From NCBI RefSeq assembly GCF_054482525.1, contig NZ_CM137006.1: a stretch of DNA of 64,000 bases. One strand, 5' to 3'. Every line of letters starts with the position of its first letter. Positions within the stretch are counted from its first letter, which is position 1. This document shows positions 1 to 13,420 of this stretch, piece by piece. The position numbers and the translations under genes were made by a program. Below the pieces are notes generated by a model. The model was not told where the DNA came from, searched no databases, and saw nothing but the letters and a program-made list of their open reading frames with translations.

Positions 1-226
1 CGGGCAGAACGCGGTAAGCCAGGCCAAACTGTTCCATGAAGCCGTTGGCTTAACCGGCATCACGCTAACGAAACTGGACGGCACGGCGAAAGGCGGGGTA
101 ATTTTCTCGGTGGCTGACCAGTTTGGTATCCCTATCCGCTACATTGGTGTCGGCGAACGTATTGAGGATTTGCGTCCGTTTAAGGCGGACGACTTTATAG
201 AGGCACTTTTTGCCCGAGAGGATTAA
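1..226 (+). CDS. ftsY: SRP receptor FtsY, C-terminal end (partial, runs off window start)
   Basis: Frame from position 2 translates ...GVGERIEDLRPFKADDFIEALFARED, TAA at 224-226, 2 nt before the ftsE ATG. Confidence 0.85.
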   Translation, partial: GQNAVSQAKLFHEAVGLTGITLTKLDGTAKGGVIFSVADQFGIPIRYIGVGERIEDLRPFKADDFIEALFARED

Positions 227-228
227 CA

Positions 229-897
229 ATGATTCGCTTTGAACATGTCAGCAAGGCTTATCTCGGTGGGAGACAGGCGCTGCAGGGCGTTACGTTCCAT
301 ATGCAGCCGGGTGAGATGGCGTTTCTGACCGGTCATTCCGGCGCAGGGAAAAGTACCCTCCTGAAGCTGATCTGTGGGATTGAGCGGCCCAGCGCCGGGA
401 AAATCTGGTTTAGCGGCCATGACATCACGCGTCTGAAAAACCGTGAAGTTCCGTTTCTGCGCCGCCAGATTGGCATGATTTTCCAGGATCACCATCTCCT
501 GATGGACCGTACTGTCTACGATAATGTGGCGATCCCGCTGATTATCGCCGGTGCCAGCGGTGACGATATTCGTCGCCGGGTGTCGGCGGCACTGGATAAA
601 GTCGGGCTACTGGACAAAGCGAAGAACTTCCCTATTCAACTTTCGGGCGGTGAACAACAGCGTGTTGGCATTGCCCGCGCGGTGGTGAACAAGCCCGCGG
701 TACTGCTGGCGGACGAACCGACTGGTAACCTGGACGACGCGTTGTCGGAAGGCATTTTACGTCTGTTTGAAGAGTTTAACCGCGTTGGGGTAACCGTATT
801 GATGGCAACGCACGACATCAACCTGATTTCACGGCGTTCCTATCGCATGCTCACCCTGAGCGATGGTCACTTGCATGGAGGCGTGGGCCATGAATAA
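229..897 (+). CDS. ftsE: cell division ABC transporter ATP-binding protein FtsE
   Basis: 222-aa ORF with Walker [10 protein letters not shown] and ABC signature LSGGEQQR; canonical length. Confidence 0.96.
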
Positions 898-1948
898 GCG
901 CGATGCAATCAATCATATTCGGCAGTTTGGCGGGCGTCTGGATCGCTTCCGTAAATCGGTCGGCGGCTCAGGCGACGGCGGTCGTAACGCGCCGAAACGC
1001 GCGAAATCCTCGCCAAAACCGGTAAATCGCAAAACCAACGTTTTCAACGAACAGGTGCGCTATGCCTTCCACGGCGCATTGCAGGATCTGAAAAGCAAAC
1101 CGTTCGCCACGTTTTTAACGGTGATGGTTATCGCCATCTCTCTGACGCTGCCCAGCGTCTGTTATATGGTGTACAAAAACGTTAACCAGGCGGCGACGCA
1201 GTATTATCCGTCACCGCAAATCACTGTTTATCTGCAAAAAACGCTGGACGATGACGCTGCTGCGGGCGTGGTGGCACAGTTGCAGGCCGAGCAAGGCGTG
1301 GAGAAAGTGAACTATCTTTCTCGTGAAGACGCGCTGGGCGAGTTCCGTAACTGGTCTGGTTTTGGTGGTGCGCTGGATATGCTGGAAGAAAACCCGCTTC
1401 CGGCAGTGGCGGTGGTGATCCCGAAACTCGATTTTCAGGGGACAGAATCACTGAATACGCTGCGTGATCGTATCACCCAGATCAACGGCATTGACGAAGT
1501 GCGGATGGATGACAGCTGGTTTGCCCGTCTGGCGGCGTTAACCGGGCTGGTCGGGCGCGTTTCCGCGATGATCGGCGTGTTGATGGTGGCAGCAGTGTTT
1601 CTCGTCATCGGCAACAGTGTGCGTCTGAGCATCTTTGCTCGCCGTGACTCCATTAACGTGCAGAAACTGATTGGTGCGACGGATGGATTCATCCTGCGCC
1701 CGTTCCTGTACGGAGGCGCATTGCTGGGATTTTCTGGCGCATTGCTGTCATTAATTTTGTCAGAAATTCTGGTACTGCGTTTGTCATCGGCGGTTGCGGA
1801 AGTGGCACAGGTTTTCGGAACAAAGTTTGATATCAATGGCTTATCGTTCGATGAATGCCTGCTGTTGCTGCTGGTATGCTCGATGATTGGCTGGGTGGCA
1901 GCGTGGCTTGCCACGGTACAACATTTACGCCACTTTACGCCTGAATAA
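890..1948 (+). CDS. ftsX: cell division ABC transporter permease-like protein FtsX
   Basis: Track ORF 863..1948 trimmed to [15 protein letters not shown] (352 aa); 8-nt overlap with ftsE. Confidence 0.93.
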
Positions 1949-2072
1949 TAAAAGCGTGTTATACTCTTTCCCTGCAATGGGTTCCGTAGCAGGGAAAGAG
2001 ACCCCGTTGTCTCTTCCCGGTATTTCATCTCTATGTCACATTTTGTGCGTAATTTATTCACAGCGTTGCATT

Positions 2073-2099
2073 GAACTTGTGGATAAAATCACTGTCTGA
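2073..2099 (+). promoter_or_regulatory. sigmaE-type promoter (GAACTT-N16-TCTGA) upstream of rpoH, overlapping a DnaA-box-like TGTGGATAA at 2079-2087
   Basis: Motif read directly from sequence; matches the known rpoH P3 arrangement from memory. Confidence 0.6.
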
Positions 2100-2192
2100 T
2101 AAAACAGTGAATGATAACCTCGTTGCTCTTAAGCTCTGGCACAGTTGTTGCTGCCACTGAAGCGCCAGAAGATATCGATTGAGAGGATTTGA

Positions 2193-3047
2193 ATGACTGA
2201 CAAAATGCAAAGTTTAGCTTTAGCCCCTGTTGGCAACCTGGATTCCTACATCCGGGCAGCTAACGCGTGGCCGATGTTGTCGGCTGACGAGGAGCGGGCG
2301 CTGGCTGAAAAGCTGCATTACCATGGCGATCTGGAAGCAGCTAAAACGCTGATCCTGTCTCACCTGCGGTTTGTTGTTCATATTGCTCGTAATTATGCGG
2401 GCTATGGCCTGCCACAGGCGGATTTGATTCAGGAAGGTAACATCGGCCTGATGAAAGCAGTGCGCCGTTTTAACCCGGAAGTGGGTGTGCGCCTGGTCTC
2501 CTTCGCCGTCCACTGGATCAAAGCAGAGATCCACGAATACGTTCTGCGTAACTGGCGTATCGTCAAAGTTGCGACCACCAAAGCGCAGCGCAAACTGTTC
2601 TTCAACCTGCGTAAAACCAAGCAGCGTCTGGGCTGGTTTAACCAGGATGAAGTCGAAATGGTGGCCCGTGAACTGGGCGTAACCAGCAAAGACGTACGTG
2701 AGATGGAGTCGCGTATGGCGGCACAGGACATGACCTTTGACCTGTCTTCCGACGACGATTCCGATAGCCAGCCGATGGCTCCGGTGCTCTATCTGCAGGA
2801 TAAATCATCTAACTTTGCTGACGGCATCGAAGATGATAACTGGGAAGAGCAGGCGGCAAACCGTCTGACCGACGCGATGCAAGGTCTGGACGAGCGTAGC
2901 CAGGATATCATCCGCGCGCGCTGGCTGGATGAAGACAACAAGTCCACGTTGCAGGAACTGGCTGACCGTTACGGTGTTTCCGCTGAGCGTGTGCGCCAGC
3001 TGGAAAAGAACGCGATGAAAAAACTTCGCGCTGCCATTGAAGCGTAA
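2193..3047 (+). CDS. rpoH: RNA polymerase heat-shock sigma factor sigma-32
   Basis: 284-aa [54 protein letters not shown]; canonical length. Confidence 0.97.
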   Translation: MTDKMQSLALAPVGNLDSYIRAANAWPMLSADEERALAEKLHYHGDLEAAKTLILSHLRFVVHIARNYAGYGLPQADLIQEGNIGLMKAVRRFNPEVGVRLVSFAVHWIKAEIHEYVLRNWRIVKVATTKAQRKLFFNLRKTKQRLGWFNQDEVEMVARELGVTSKDVREMESRMAAQDMTFDLSSDDDSDSQPMAPVLYLQDKSSNFADGIEDDNWEEQAANRLTDAMQGLDERSQDIIRARWLDEDNKSTLQELADRYGVSAERVRQLEKNAMKKLRAAIEA

Positions 3048-3066
3048 TTTCCGCTACTCAGCAGAG

Positions 3067-3100
3067 AACCCTGGATGAGAATCCGGGGTTTTTGTTTTTT
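3067..3100 (+). terminator. rho-independent terminator after rpoH
   Basis: Stem aaccctgg / ccggggtt followed by a T-run (tttttgtttttt). Confidence 0.7.
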
Positions 3101-3318
3101 GGACCTCTGCAATAATCAGTTTCCCCCTCCGGCAAAACGCCAATCCCCACGCAGATTGTTAATAAACTGTCAAAATAGCTATTCCAATATCATAAAAATG
3201 GGGTATGTTTTAGCAGAGTATGCTGCTAAAGCACGGGTAGTCATGCATAAAACGAAATAAAGTGCTGAATCACAACACCACAACACACGTAATAACCAGA
3301 AGAATGGGGATTCTCAGG

Positions 3319-4422
3319 ATGAATATAAAGGGTAAAGCGTTACTGGCAGGATGTATCGCGCTGGCATTCAGCAATATGGCTCTGGCAGAAGATATTAAAG
3401 TCGCGGTCGTGGGCGCGATGTCTGGTCCGGTGGCCCAGTACGGTGACCAGGAGTTCACTGGCGCAGAGCAGGCAGTAGCGGATATCAATGCTAAAGGTGG
3501 TATCAAAGGCAACAAACTGCAAATCGTAAAATATGACGATGCCTGTGACCCGAAACAGGCGGTTGCGGTGGCGAACAAAGTCGTTAACGACGGCATTAAA
3601 TATGTGATTGGTCACCTCTGTTCTTCATCAACGCAGCCAGCGTCAGACATCTATGAAGATGAAGGCATTTTAATGATCACCCCAGCGGCAACCGCGCCGG
3701 AGCTGACCGCCCGTGGCTATCAGCTGATCCTGCGCACTACCGGCCTGGACTCCGACCAGGGGCCGACGGCGGCGAAATATATTCTTGAGAAAGTGAAACC
3801 GCAGCGTATTGCTATCGTCCACGACAAACAGCAGTACGGCGAAGGTCTGGCGCGTGCGGTGCAGGACGGCCTGAAGAAAGGCAATGCTAACGTGGTGTTC
3901 TTTGATGGTATCACCGCTGGGGAAAAAGATTTCTCAACGCTGGTGGCGCGTCTGAAAAAAGAGAATATCGACTTCGTTTACTACGGCGGTTATCACCCGG
4001 AAATGGGGCAGATCCTGCGTCAGGCACGCGCGGCAGGGCTGAAAACTCAGTTTATGGGGCCGGAAGGCGTAGCTAACGTCTCGCTGTCTAACATTGCGGG
4101 CGAATCAGCGGAAGGGCTGCTGGTGACCAAGCCGAAGAACTACGATCAGGTTCCGGCGAACAAACCCATTGTTGATGCGATCAAAGCGAAAAAACAGGAC
4201 CCAAGCGGCGCATTCGTTTGGACCACCTACGCCGCGCTGCAATCTTTGCAGGCGGGCCTGAATCAGTCTGACGATCCGGCAGAAATCGCCAAATACCTGA
4301 AAGCGAACTCCGTGGATACCGTGATGGGACCGCTGACCTGGGATGAGAAAGGCGATCTGAAAGGCTTTGAGTTCGGCGTATTTGACTGGCACGCCAACGG
4401 CACGGCGACCGATGCGAAGTAA
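3319..4422 (+). CDS. livJ: Leu/Ile/Val periplasmic binding protein LivJ
   Basis: Track ORF 3262..4422 trimmed to [23 protein letters not shown] signal peptide (367 aa). Confidence 0.93.
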   Translation: MNIKGKALLAGCIALAFSNMALAEDIKVAVVGAMSGPVAQYGDQEFTGAEQAVADINAKGGIKGNKLQIVKYDDACDPKQAVAVANKVVNDGIKYVIGHLCSSSTQPASDIYEDEGILMITPAATAPELTARGYQLILRTTGLDSDQGPTAAKYILEKVKPQRIAIVHDKQQYGEGLARAVQDGLKKGNANVVFFDGITAGEKDFSTLVARLKKENIDFVYYGGYHPEMGQILRQARAAGLKTQFMGPEGVANVSLSNIAGESAEGLLVTKPKNYDQVPANKPIVDAIKAKKQDPSGAFVWTTYAALQSLQAGLNQSDDPAEIAKYLKANSVDTVMGPLTWDEKGDLKGFEFGVFDWHANGTATDAK

Positions 4423-4481
4423 TCATTAATCGGCAACTTTGGGTTGCCGCCAAATTGCTAATATCGAGTACGTTGCTTCAT

Positions 4482-4580
4482 GCCGGATGCGGCGTAAATG
4501 CCTTATCCGGCCTACAAAATCCAAAGAAATCAGTAAATTGCAACACACGTTGTAGGCCTGATAAGCGTAGCGCATCAGGC
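4482..4580. repeat. BIME: two inverted REP/PU copies (gccggatgcggcgtaaatgccttatccggcctac ... gtaggcctgataagcgtagcgcatcaggc)
   Basis: REP palindromes read directly. Confidence 0.8.
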
Positions 4581-4621
4581 AATTTCTCGTTGGTCATCAC
4601 TTTTGAAATCAAACTTTACGA

Positions 4622-5005
4622 TTAACGCTTCTCCCAGCCGCCCTGTTGTGCCGTAAACCCCAGTGCCTGCATAAACGCCGTCATCACACCGCGATCTTCC
4701 ACGCCTGCATCCGCCATCCACCAGCATGAAACGCCAGGATTGTTACGCAAAACCTCTTCCAGCAGATATTGCCCCACACCGCGACGGCGGGTGACTTCCC
4801 TAACACGCAGGGAATCCAGTGCGCCCTCCGTGCCGCTTAAGGTTACCCGCACGGCCGCGAGAAGGCGCTCGTTAAAACGCGCGGCGTAGATACGGTGGTT
4901 ATCGTCAACCTGTAACGAGGAAGGGGAATACTCCGGCCAGATCTTTTGCAGGTCAATCCGGTCCTGGTCGCTAAAGTTTTCTAATCGAATGATGGTCAGC
5001 TTCAT
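4622..5005 (-). CDS. panM: PanD maturation factor PanM (GNAT fold)
   Basis: 127-aa ORF MKLTIIRLENFSDQDRIDLQKIWPEYSP; located between livJ and livK as in K-12 (yhhK). Confidence 0.88.
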   Translation of the reverse strand: MKLTIIRLENFSDQDRIDLQKIWPEYSPSSLQVDDNHRIYAARFNERLLAAVRVTLSGTEGALDSLRVREVTRRRGVGQYLLEEVLRNNPGVSCWWMADAGVEDRGVMTAFMQALGFTAQQGGWEKR

Positions 5006-5185
5006 GGGGAACCCGTGTAAATCACAAAAGTGGAACCAGTGTAGCGAAATAATTTAATCGGAGGCTTTCTCTTTTTTAATTCTTTTGGCAGGTGATTAAT
5101 TTTTTAACAGCAATAATTACAAAGTTAAAACATTAGAGAATGAAAAATACCCAGCATAATCCCCTGAATGGTAGTGAATTATTCC

Positions 5186-5230
5186 GCCCTTTGTGCCGTT
5201 ATTTTATGCTGACAAAGGCACTTTTTTCTG
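5186..5230 (+). terminator. candidate stem-loop plus T-run in the livK upstream leader (possible attenuator)
   Basis: cctttgt ... acaaagg stem with long loop, followed by cttttttctg; weak. Confidence 0.25.
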
Positions 5231-5428
5231 TTTATCTATCAATAAATTCAGAATATTATCTGTTCTTAATCGACTGAAAAATAGGGGTTTTAATCGCTAT
5301 TATCACAAAATACTGCGCTAAACCCTTAATCAGACAGGCAAAAACAGTGCAGTATAAAAAAAGAACAGTCTGATTTGTTAACACATAAAAACAAAGCAAC
5401 ACAACATCACGAATGGGGATTTTTGACT

Positions 5429-6538
5429 ATGAAACGGAATGCGAAACCTATCATCGCAGGGATGATTGCACTGGCAATTTCACACACCGCTATGGCTGAC
5501 GATATTAAAGTCGCCGTTGTCGGCGCGATGTCCGGCCCGATTGCCCAGTGGGGCGATATGGAATTTAACGGCGCGCGTCAGGCGATTAAAGACATTAATG
5601 CCAAAGGGGGAATTAAAGGCGATAAGCTGGTTGGCATGGAATATGACGACGCCTGCGACCCGAAACAAGCCGTTGCGGTCGCCAACAAAATCGTTAACGA
5701 CGGCATTAAATACGTTATTGGGCACCTGTGTTCCTCCTCTACCCAACCTGCATCAGATATCTACGAAGACGAAGGTATTCTGATGATTTCGCCGGGAGCG
5801 ACCAACCCGGAGCTGACCCAACGCGGTTATCAATACATCATGCGTACTGCCGGGCTGGACTCTTCCCAGGGGCCAACGGCGGCAAAATACATTCTTGAGA
5901 CGGTGAAGCCCCAGCGCATCGCCATCATTCACGACAAACAACAGTATGGCGAAGGGCTGGCACGTTCGGTGCAGGACGGGCTGAAAGCGGCTAACGCCAA
6001 CGTCGTCTTCTTCGACGGCATTACCGCTGGCGAGAAAGATTTCTCCGCACTGATCGCTCGTCTGAAAAAAGAAAACATCGACTTCGTTTACTACGGCGGT
6101 TACTACCCGGAAATGGGGCAGATGCTGCGCCAGGCCCGTTCCGTTGGCCTGAAAACCCAGTTTATGGGGCCGGAAGGTGTGGGTAACGCATCATTGTCGA
6201 ACATTGCCGGTGATGCTGCCGAAGGCATGTTGGTCACTATGCCAAAACGCTATGACCAGGACCCGGCAAACCAGGGCATCGTTGATGCGCTGAAAGCAGA
6301 CAAGAAAGATCCGTCCGGGCCTTATGTCTGGATCACTTATGCGGCGGTGCAATCTCTGGCAACTGCCCTTGAGCGTACCGGCAGCGATGAGCCGCTGGCG
6401 CTGGTGAAAGATTTAAAAGCTAACGGTGCAAACACCGTGATTGGGCCGCTGAACTGGGATGAAAAAGGCGATCTTAAGGGATTTGATTTTGGTGTCTTCC
6501 AGTGGCACGCCGACGGTTCATCCACGGCAGCCAAGTGA
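5429..6538 (+). CDS. livK: leucine-specific periplasmic binding protein LivK
   Basis: Track ORF trimmed to [23 protein letters not shown] (369 aa); clear paralogue of the upstream livJ product. Confidence 0.93.
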   Translation: MKRNAKPIIAGMIALAISHTAMADDIKVAVVGAMSGPIAQWGDMEFNGARQAIKDINAKGGIKGDKLVGMEYDDACDPKQAVAVANKIVNDGIKYVIGHLCSSSTQPASDIYEDEGILMISPGATNPELTQRGYQYIMRTAGLDSSQGPTAAKYILETVKPQRIAIIHDKQQYGEGLARSVQDGLKAANANVVFFDGITAGEKDFSALIARLKKENIDFVYYGGYYPEMGQMLRQARSVGLKTQFMGPEGVGNASLSNIAGDAAEGMLVTMPKRYDQDPANQGIVDALKADKKDPSGPYVWITYAAVQSLATALERTGSDEPLALVKDLKANGANTVIGPLNWDEKGDLKGFDFGVFQWHADGSSTAAK

Positions 6539-6585
6539 TCATCCCACCGCCCGTGAAAAACGGGCGGGTTTAGAAAGGTTACCTT

Positions 6586-7512
6586 ATGTCTGAGCAGTTT
6601 TTGTATTTCTTGCAGCAGATGTTTAACGGCGTCACGCTGGGCAGTACCTACGCGCTGATAGCCATCGGCTACACCATGGTTTACGGCATTATCGGCATGA
6701 TCAACTTCGCCCACGGCGAGGTTTATATGATTGGCAGCTATGTCTCATTTATGATCATCGCCGCGCTGATGATGATGGGCATTGATACCGGCTGGCTACT
6801 GGTGGCGGCTGGATTCGTCGGCGCAATCGTCATTGCCAGCGCCTACGGCTGGAGTATCGAACGGGTAGCCTATCGCCCGGTGCGTAACTCTAAGCGCCTG
6901 ATTGCGCTCATCTCGGCAATCGGTATGTCCATCTTCCTGCAAAACTACGTCAGCCTGACCGAAGGTTCGCGCGACGTGGCGCTGCCGAGCCTGTTTAACG
7001 GTCAGTGGGTGGTGGGTCATAGCGAAAACTTCTCTGCCTCTATTACCACCATGCAGGCGGTGATCTGGATTGTTACTTTCCTCGCCATGCTGGCGCTGAC
7101 GATTTTCATTCGTTATTCCCGTATGGGGCGCGCCTGCCGTGCCTGCGCGGAAGATCTGAAAATGGCGAGTCTGCTTGGCATTAACACCGACCGGGTGATT
7201 GCGCTGACCTTTGTGATTGGCGCGGCGATGGCGGCGGTGGCGGGTGTGCTGCTCGGTCAGTTCTACGGCGTCATTAACCCCTACATCGGCTTTATGGCCG
7301 GGATGAAAGCCTTTACCGCTGCGGTGCTCGGTGGGATTGGCAGCATTCCGGGAGCGATGATTGGCGGCCTGATTCTGGGGATTGCGGAGGCGCTCTCTTC
7401 TGCCTATCTGAGTACGGAATATAAAGATGTGGTCTCATTCGCCCTGCTGATTCTGGTGTTGCTGGTGATGCCGACCGGTATTCTGGGTCGCCCGGAGGTA
7501 GAGAAAGTATGA
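6586..7512 (+). CDS. livH: branched-chain amino acid ABC permease LivH
   Basis: 308-aa polytopic ORF; operon position. Confidence 0.94.
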   Translation: MSEQFLYFLQQMFNGVTLGSTYALIAIGYTMVYGIIGMINFAHGEVYMIGSYVSFMIIAALMMMGIDTGWLLVAAGFVGAIVIASAYGWSIERVAYRPVRNSKRLIALISAIGMSIFLQNYVSLTEGSRDVALPSLFNGQWVVGHSENFSASITTMQAVIWIVTFLAMLALTIFIRYSRMGRACRACAEDLKMASLLGINTDRVIALTFVIGAAMAAVAGVLLGQFYGVINPYIGFMAGMKAFTAAVLGGIGSIPGAMIGGLILGIAEALSSAYLSTEYKDVVSFALLILVLLVMPTGILGRPEVEKV

Positions 7513-8786
7513 AACCGATGCATATTGCAATGGCGCTGCTTTCTGCCGCGATGTTCTTTGTCCTCGCTGGCGTCTTTATGGGCGTGCAACTGGAGCTGGA
7601 TGGCACCAAACTGGTGGTCGATAGCGCTTCGGATGTCCGTTGGCAGTGGGTGTTTATCGGCACGGCGGTGGTCTTTTTCTTCCAGCTTTTGCGACCGGCT
7701 TTCCAGAAAGGGTTGAAAAGCATTTCCGGACCGAAGTTTATTCTGCCCGCCATTGATGGCTCCACGGTGAAGCAAAAGCTGTTTCTCGTGGCGCTGCTGG
7801 TGCTTGCGGTGGCGTGGCCGTTTATGGTCTCACGCGGGACGGTGGATATCGCCACTCTGACCATGATCTACATTATTCTTGGTCTCGGGCTGAACGTGGT
7901 GGTAGGGCTTTCTGGTCTGCTGGTGCTCGGTTACGGCGGCTTTTACGCCATCGGCGCTTACACCTTTGCGCTGCTCAATCACTATTACGGTCTGGGGTTC
8001 TGGACCTGTCTGCCCATTGCCGGGTTAATGGCAGCGGCGGCGGGCTTCCTGCTCGGCTTCCCGGTGTTGCGTTTACGTGGCGACTATCTGGCGATCGTTA
8101 CCCTCGGTTTCGGCGAAATTGTGCGCATATTGCTGCTCAATAACACTGAAATCACCGGCGGCCCGAACGGAATCAGTCAGATCCCGAAACCGACGCTCTT
8201 CGGACTCGAGTTCAGCCGTACCGCCCGTGAAGGCGGCTGGGACACGTTCAGTAATTTCTTTGGCCTGAAATACGATCCCTCCGATCGCGTCATTTTCCTC
8301 TACCTGGTGGCGTTGCTGCTGGTGGTGTTAAGCCTGTTTGTCATTAACCGCCTGCTGCGGATGCCGTTGGGTCGTGCGTGGGAAGCGTTGCGTGAAGACG
8401 AAATTGCCTGCCGTTCGCTGGGCTTAAGCCCGCGTCGTATCAAGCTGACCGCCTTTACCATCAGCGCCGCGTTTGCCGGTTTTGCCGGAACGCTGTTTGC
8501 TGCGCGTCAGGGCTTTGTCAGCCCGGAATCCTTCACCTTTGCCGAATCAGCCTTTGTGCTGGCAATAGTGGTGCTCGGCGGTATGGGTTCGCAATTTGCA
8601 GTGATTCTGGCGGCAGTTCTGCTGGTGGTGTCGCGCGAATTGATGCGCGACTTTAACGAATACAGCATGTTAATGCTCGGTGGTTTGATGGTGCTGATGA
8701 TGATCTGGCGTCCGCAGGGCTTGCTGCCCATGACGCGCCCGCAACTCAAGCTGAAAAACGGCGCAGCGAAAGGAGAGCAGGCATGA
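7509..8786 (+). CDS. livM: branched-chain amino acid ABC permease LivM
   Basis: 425-aa ORF, ATGA overlap with livH. Confidence 0.94.
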   Translation: MKPMHIAMALLSAAMFFVLAGVFMGVQLELDGTKLVVDSASDVRWQWVFIGTAVVFFFQLLRPAFQKGLKSISGPKFILPAIDGSTVKQKLFLVALLVLAVAWPFMVSRGTVDIATLTMIYIILGLGLNVVVGLSGLLVLGYGGFYAIGAYTFALLNHYYGLGFWTCLPIAGLMAAAAGFLLGFPVLRLRGDYLAIVTLGFGEIVRILLLNNTEITGGPNGISQIPKPTLFGLEFSRTAREGGWDTFSNFFGLKYDPSDRVIFLYLVALLLVVLSLFVINRLLRMPLGRAWEALREDEIACRSLGLSPRRIKLTAFTISAAFAGFAGTLFAARQGFVSPESFTFAESAFVLAIVVLGGMGSQFAVILAAVLLVVSRELMRDFNEYSMLMLGGLMVLMMIWRPQGLLPMTRPQLKLKNGAAKGEQA

Positions 8787-9550
8787 GTCAGCCATTATTA
8801 TCTGTTAACGGCCTGATGATGCGCTTCGGCGGCCTGCTGGCGGTGAACAACGTCAATCTTGAACTGTACCCGCAGGAGATCGTCTCGTTAATCGGCCCTA
8901 ACGGTGCCGGAAAAACCACGGTCTTCAACTGCCTGACCGGATTCTACAAACCTACCGGCGGCACCATTTTACTGCGCGATCAGCATCTGGAAGGTTTACC
9001 GGGGCAGCAAATCGCCCGCATGGGCGTGGTGCGCACCTTCCAGCATGTGCGTCTGTTCCGTGAAATGACGGTGATTGAAAACCTGCTGGTGGCACAGCAT
9101 CAGCAACTGAAAACCGGGCTGTTCTCCGGCCTGTTGAAAACACCCTCTTTCCGTCGCGCCCAGAGTGAAGCACTCGACCGCGCCGCCACCTGGCTTGAGC
9201 GTATTGGTTTGCTGGAACACGCCAACCGCCAGGCGAGCAACCTGGCCTATGGCGACCAGCGTCGTCTGGAGATCGCCCGCTGCATGGTGACGCAGCCGGA
9301 GATTTTAATGCTCGACGAACCGGCAGCAGGTCTTAACCCAAAAGAGACGAAAGAGCTGGATGAGCTGATTGCCGAACTGCGTAACCATCACAACACCACT
9401 ATCTTGTTGATTGAACACGATATGAAGCTGGTGATGGGGATTTCAGACAGAATTTACGTGGTCAACCAGGGGACGCCGCTGGCAAACGGTACGCCGGAGC
9501 AGATCCGTAATAACCCGGACGTGATCCGTGCCTATTTAGGTGAGGCATAA
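8783..9550 (+). CDS. livG: branched-chain amino acid ABC ATPase LivG
   Basis: 255 aa, Walker [10 protein letters not shown]; ATGA overlap with livM. Confidence 0.95.
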   Translation: MSQPLLSVNGLMMRFGGLLAVNNVNLELYPQEIVSLIGPNGAGKTTVFNCLTGFYKPTGGTILLRDQHLEGLPGQQIARMGVVRTFQHVRLFREMTVIENLLVAQHQQLKTGLFSGLLKTPSFRRAQSEALDRAATWLERIGLLEHANRQASNLAYGDQRRLEIARCMVTQPEILMLDEPAAGLNPKETKELDELIAELRNHHNTTILLIEHDMKLVMGISDRIYVVNQGTPLANGTPEQIRNNPDVIRAYLGEA

Positions 9551-9551
9551 G

Positions 9552-10265
9552 ATGGAAAAAGTCATGTTGTCCTTTGACAAAGTCAGCGCCCACTACGGCA
9601 AAATCCAGGCGCTGCATGAGGTGAGCCTGCATATCAATCAGGGCGAGATTGTCACCCTCATTGGCGCGAACGGCGCGGGGAAAACCACCTTGCTCGGCAC
9701 GTTATGCGGCGACCCACGCGCCACCAGCGGGCGAATTGTGTTTGATGATAAAGACATTACCGACTGGCAGACGGCGAAAATCATGCGCGAAGCGGTGGCG
9801 ATTGTCCCGGAAGGGCGTCGTGTTTTCTCGCGGATGACGGTGGAAGAGAACCTGGCGATGGGCGGTTTTTTTGCTGAACGTGACCAGTTCCAGGAACGCA
9901 TAAAGTGGGTGTATGAACTGTTTCCGCGTCTCCATGAACGCCGTGTTCAGCGGGCGGGCACCATGTCCGGCGGTGAGCAGCAGATGCTGGCGATTGGTCG
10001 CGCGCTGATGAGCAACCCGCGTTTATTGTTGCTTGATGAGCCATCGCTCGGTCTTGCGCCGATTATCATCCAGCAGATTTTCGACACCATCGAGCAGCTG
10101 CGCGAGCAGGGGATGACCATCTTCCTCGTCGAGCAGAACGCCAACCAGGCGCTAAAGCTGGCGGATCGCGGCTACGTGCTGGAAAACGGCCATGTTGTGC
10201 TCTCCGATACCGGCGATACGCTGCTGGCGAATGAAGCGGTGAGAAGTGCGTATTTAGGCGGGTAA
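9552..10265 (+). CDS. livF: branched-chain amino acid ABC ATPase LivF
   Basis: Track ORF 9540..10265 trimmed to MEKVMLSFDKVSAHYGKIQ (237 aa); Walker A GANGAGKTT. Confidence 0.93.
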   Translation: MEKVMLSFDKVSAHYGKIQALHEVSLHINQGEIVTLIGANGAGKTTLLGTLCGDPRATSGRIVFDDKDITDWQTAKIMREAVAIVPEGRRVFSRMTVEENLAMGGFFAERDQFQERIKWVYELFPRLHERRVQRAGTMSGGEQQMLAIGRALMSNPRLLLLDEPSLGLAPIIIQQIFDTIEQLREQGMTIFLVEQNANQALKLADRGYVLENGHVVLSDTGDTLLANEAVRSAYLGG

Positions 10266-10326
10266 TAACACGTTGATTGATAAGGAGTCAAAAGACTCCT
10301 TTGAGACAGGTGACAAATGTAAAATT

Positions 10327-10355
10327 GCCTGATGCGCTGCGCTTATCAGGCCTAC
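10327..10355. repeat. REP/PU element downstream of livF
   Basis: gcctgatgcgctgcgcttatcaggcctac. Confidence 0.75.
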
Positions 10356-10388
10356 TGGGTGAGTTGCAATATATTGAATTTGCACGAT

Positions 10389-10413
10389 CTTGTAGGCCGG
10401 ATAAGGCGTTTAC
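10389..10413. repeat. left half of a REP/PU split by the IS insertion (ends in TAC target duplication)
   Basis: gtaggccggataaggcgtttac immediately before the IS left end; right half gccgcatccggc follows the IS. Confidence 0.8.
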
Positions 10414-11321
<908 letters not shown>

Positions 11322-11845
11322 TCCAGGAGATGCTCCTGCATGGCTTTCAGATATGCATTTTCTGCGCGAAGATAACGCAGCTCATTCTTCATCTCTTCCG
11401 GCGTCATGTTTGCCTCGTTTTCATGGGTATCATCAGAACGGGTCATGCTTTTCTCCTTCCTGCGCCTGATAAAGGCCTCATTACCAGATTTGCGGTAGCC
11501 TTTTATCCAGTTTTTAACCGTGTTGTGGCTGGGAATGTTAAACCGGGCAGCTACCCGGGGTAGAGACTCAGAATGCCCGAGAGCATAAAGAACCACGCAA
11601 AGTTTATCTTCAGGAGAATAGCTACGCTTGTGTCTGCAATCCAGTGCCCGAGGACCGTGAAGAAGAAAAAGATTAATCCAGTGTGAGAGGCTGGTGTGAG
11701 AAAGTTGAAAGAGTTTTGCCGTAGAAATGATGCCTGCATGACCAGCCAGGTAGTGATTTACAGCGGCAAGTTTTACTTCAAATGAATGTTTCATAAACTG
11801 CACCTTCAGATGTCAGATTATGTCCAACATTTGGGGTGCAGTTCA

Positions 11846-11868
11846 TACGCCGCATCCGGCATGAAACG
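11846..11868. repeat. right half of the REP/PU split by the IS (starts with TAC duplication)
   Basis: tacgccgcatccggcatgaaacg. Confidence 0.8.
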
Positions 11869-11950
11869 ATGAGCAATCTGTAGAGTTTGATTCAGACCTT
11901 CTATTTTTCCCGCTTATCCGTGCCCCATCTCCCATTTTCCCTCACACGTA

Positions 11951-11979
11951 CCGTCACCGCCTTGTCATCTTTCTGACAC
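11951..11979 (+). promoter_or_regulatory. Pho-box-like direct repeats upstream of ugpB (ccgtcac / ttgtcat / ctgacac)
   Basis: CTGTCAT-type repeats at 11-bp spacing; the ugp operon is known to be PhoB-regulated. Confidence 0.55.
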
Positions 11980-12097
11980 CTTACTATCTTACAAATGTAA
12001 CAAAAAAGTTATTTTTCTGTAATTCGAGCATGTCATGTTACCCCGCGAGCATAAAACGCGTGAATTCGCGCATTCGGTACAACAAGAGAGATAAACG

Positions 12098-13414
12098 ATG
12101 AAACCGTTACATTATACAGCTTCAGCACTGGCGCTCGGACTGGCGTTAATGGGGAATGCACAGGCAGTGACGACCATTCCGTTCTGGCATTCTATGGAAG
12201 GGGAACTGGGTAAAGAGGTGGATTCTCTGGCCCAACGTTTTAACGCCGAAAACCCGGATTACAAAATTGTACCGACCTATAAAGGCAACTACGAACAGAA
12301 TTTAAGCGCGGGGATTGCCGCATTTCGTACCGGCAACGCGCCTGCTATTTTGCAGGTTTATGAAGTTGGCACCGCCACCATGATGGCGTCGAAGGCCATT
12401 AAACCGGTGTATGACGTGTTTAAAGAGGCGGGGATTCAGTTCGATGAGTCGCAGTTTGTGCCGACGGTTTCAGGCTACTACTCCGACAGCAAAACCGGCC
12501 ACTTACTCTCCCAGCCGTTCAACAGCTCGACTCCCGTTCTCTATTACAACAAAGACGCCTTCAAGAAAGCCGGTTTAGACCCGGATCAGCCGCCGAAAAC
12601 CTGGCAGGATCTGGCGGACTATGCCGCAAAACTGAAAGCCTCCGGTATGAAGTGCGGCTACGCCAGCGGCTGGCAGGGCTGGATCCAACTGGAAAACTTT
12701 AGCGCCTGGAACGGTCTGCCGTTTGCCAGCAAAAACAACGGCTTTGACGGCACAGACGCGGTGCTGGAGTTCAACAAGCCGGAGCAGGTGAAACACATCG
12801 CTATGCTCGAAGAGATGAACAAGAAGGGCGATTTCAGCTACGTCGGGCGTAAGGATGAATCCACTGAGAAGTTCTATAACGGTGATTGCGCGATGACCAC
12901 CGCCTCTTCCGGTTCTCTCGCCAACATTCGCGAGTACGCCAAATTTAACTACGGCGTAGGCATGATGCCTTACGACGCCGATGCGAAAGATGCGCCACAA
13001 AACGCCATTATCGGCGGAGCCAGCTTGTGGGTAATGCAGGGTAAAGATAAAGAAACTTATACGGGTGTGGCGAAGTTCCTCGACTTCCTCGCGAAGCCAG
13101 AAAACGCTGCCGAGTGGCATCAGAAAACTGGTTATCTGCCAATCACCAAAGCGGCGTATGACCTGACCCGTGAGCAGGGTTTTTATGAGAAAAACCCAGG
13201 GGCGGATACCGCGACGCGTCAGATGCTGAATAAGCCGCCGTTACCGTTCACCAAAGGGCTGCGTCTGGGCAACATGCCGCAGATCCGCGTGATTGTGGAT
13301 GAAGAGCTGGAGAGCGTGTGGACCGGTAAGAAGACGCCACAGCAGGCGCTGGATACCGCCGTTGAGCGTGGGAATCAGTTACTGCGCCGCTTTGAGCAGT
13401 CTACGAAGTCTTAA
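12098..13414 (+). CDS. ugpB: sn-glycerol-3-phosphate periplasmic binding protein UgpB
   Basis: 438-aa ORF with signal peptide [23 protein letters not shown]. Confidence 0.95.
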   Translation: MKPLHYTASALALGLALMGNAQAVTTIPFWHSMEGELGKEVDSLAQRFNAENPDYKIVPTYKGNYEQNLSAGIAAFRTGNAPAILQVYEVGTATMMASKAIKPVYDVFKEAGIQFDESQFVPTVSGYYSDSKTGHLLSQPFNSSTPVLYYNKDAFKKAGLDPDQPPKTWQDLADYAAKLKASGMKCGYASGWQGWIQLENFSAWNGLPFASKNNGFDGTDAVLEFNKPEQVKHIAMLEEMNKKGDFSYVGRKDESTEKFYNGDCAMTTASSGSLANIREYAKFNYGVGMMPYDADAKDAPQNAIIGGASLWVMQGKDKETYTGVAKFLDFLAKPENAAEWHQKTGYLPITKAAYDLTREQGFYEKNPGADTATRQMLNKPPLPFTKGLRLGNMPQIRVIVDEELESVWTGKKTPQQALDTAVERGNQLLRRFEQSTKS

Positions 13415-13420
13415 TTCTCT

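Noticed and set aside
3075-3260. 61-aa ORF in the rpoH-livJ spacer
   Set aside because: Overlaps the rpoH terminator and livJ promoter; no SD, AT-rich; more likely regulatory DNA.
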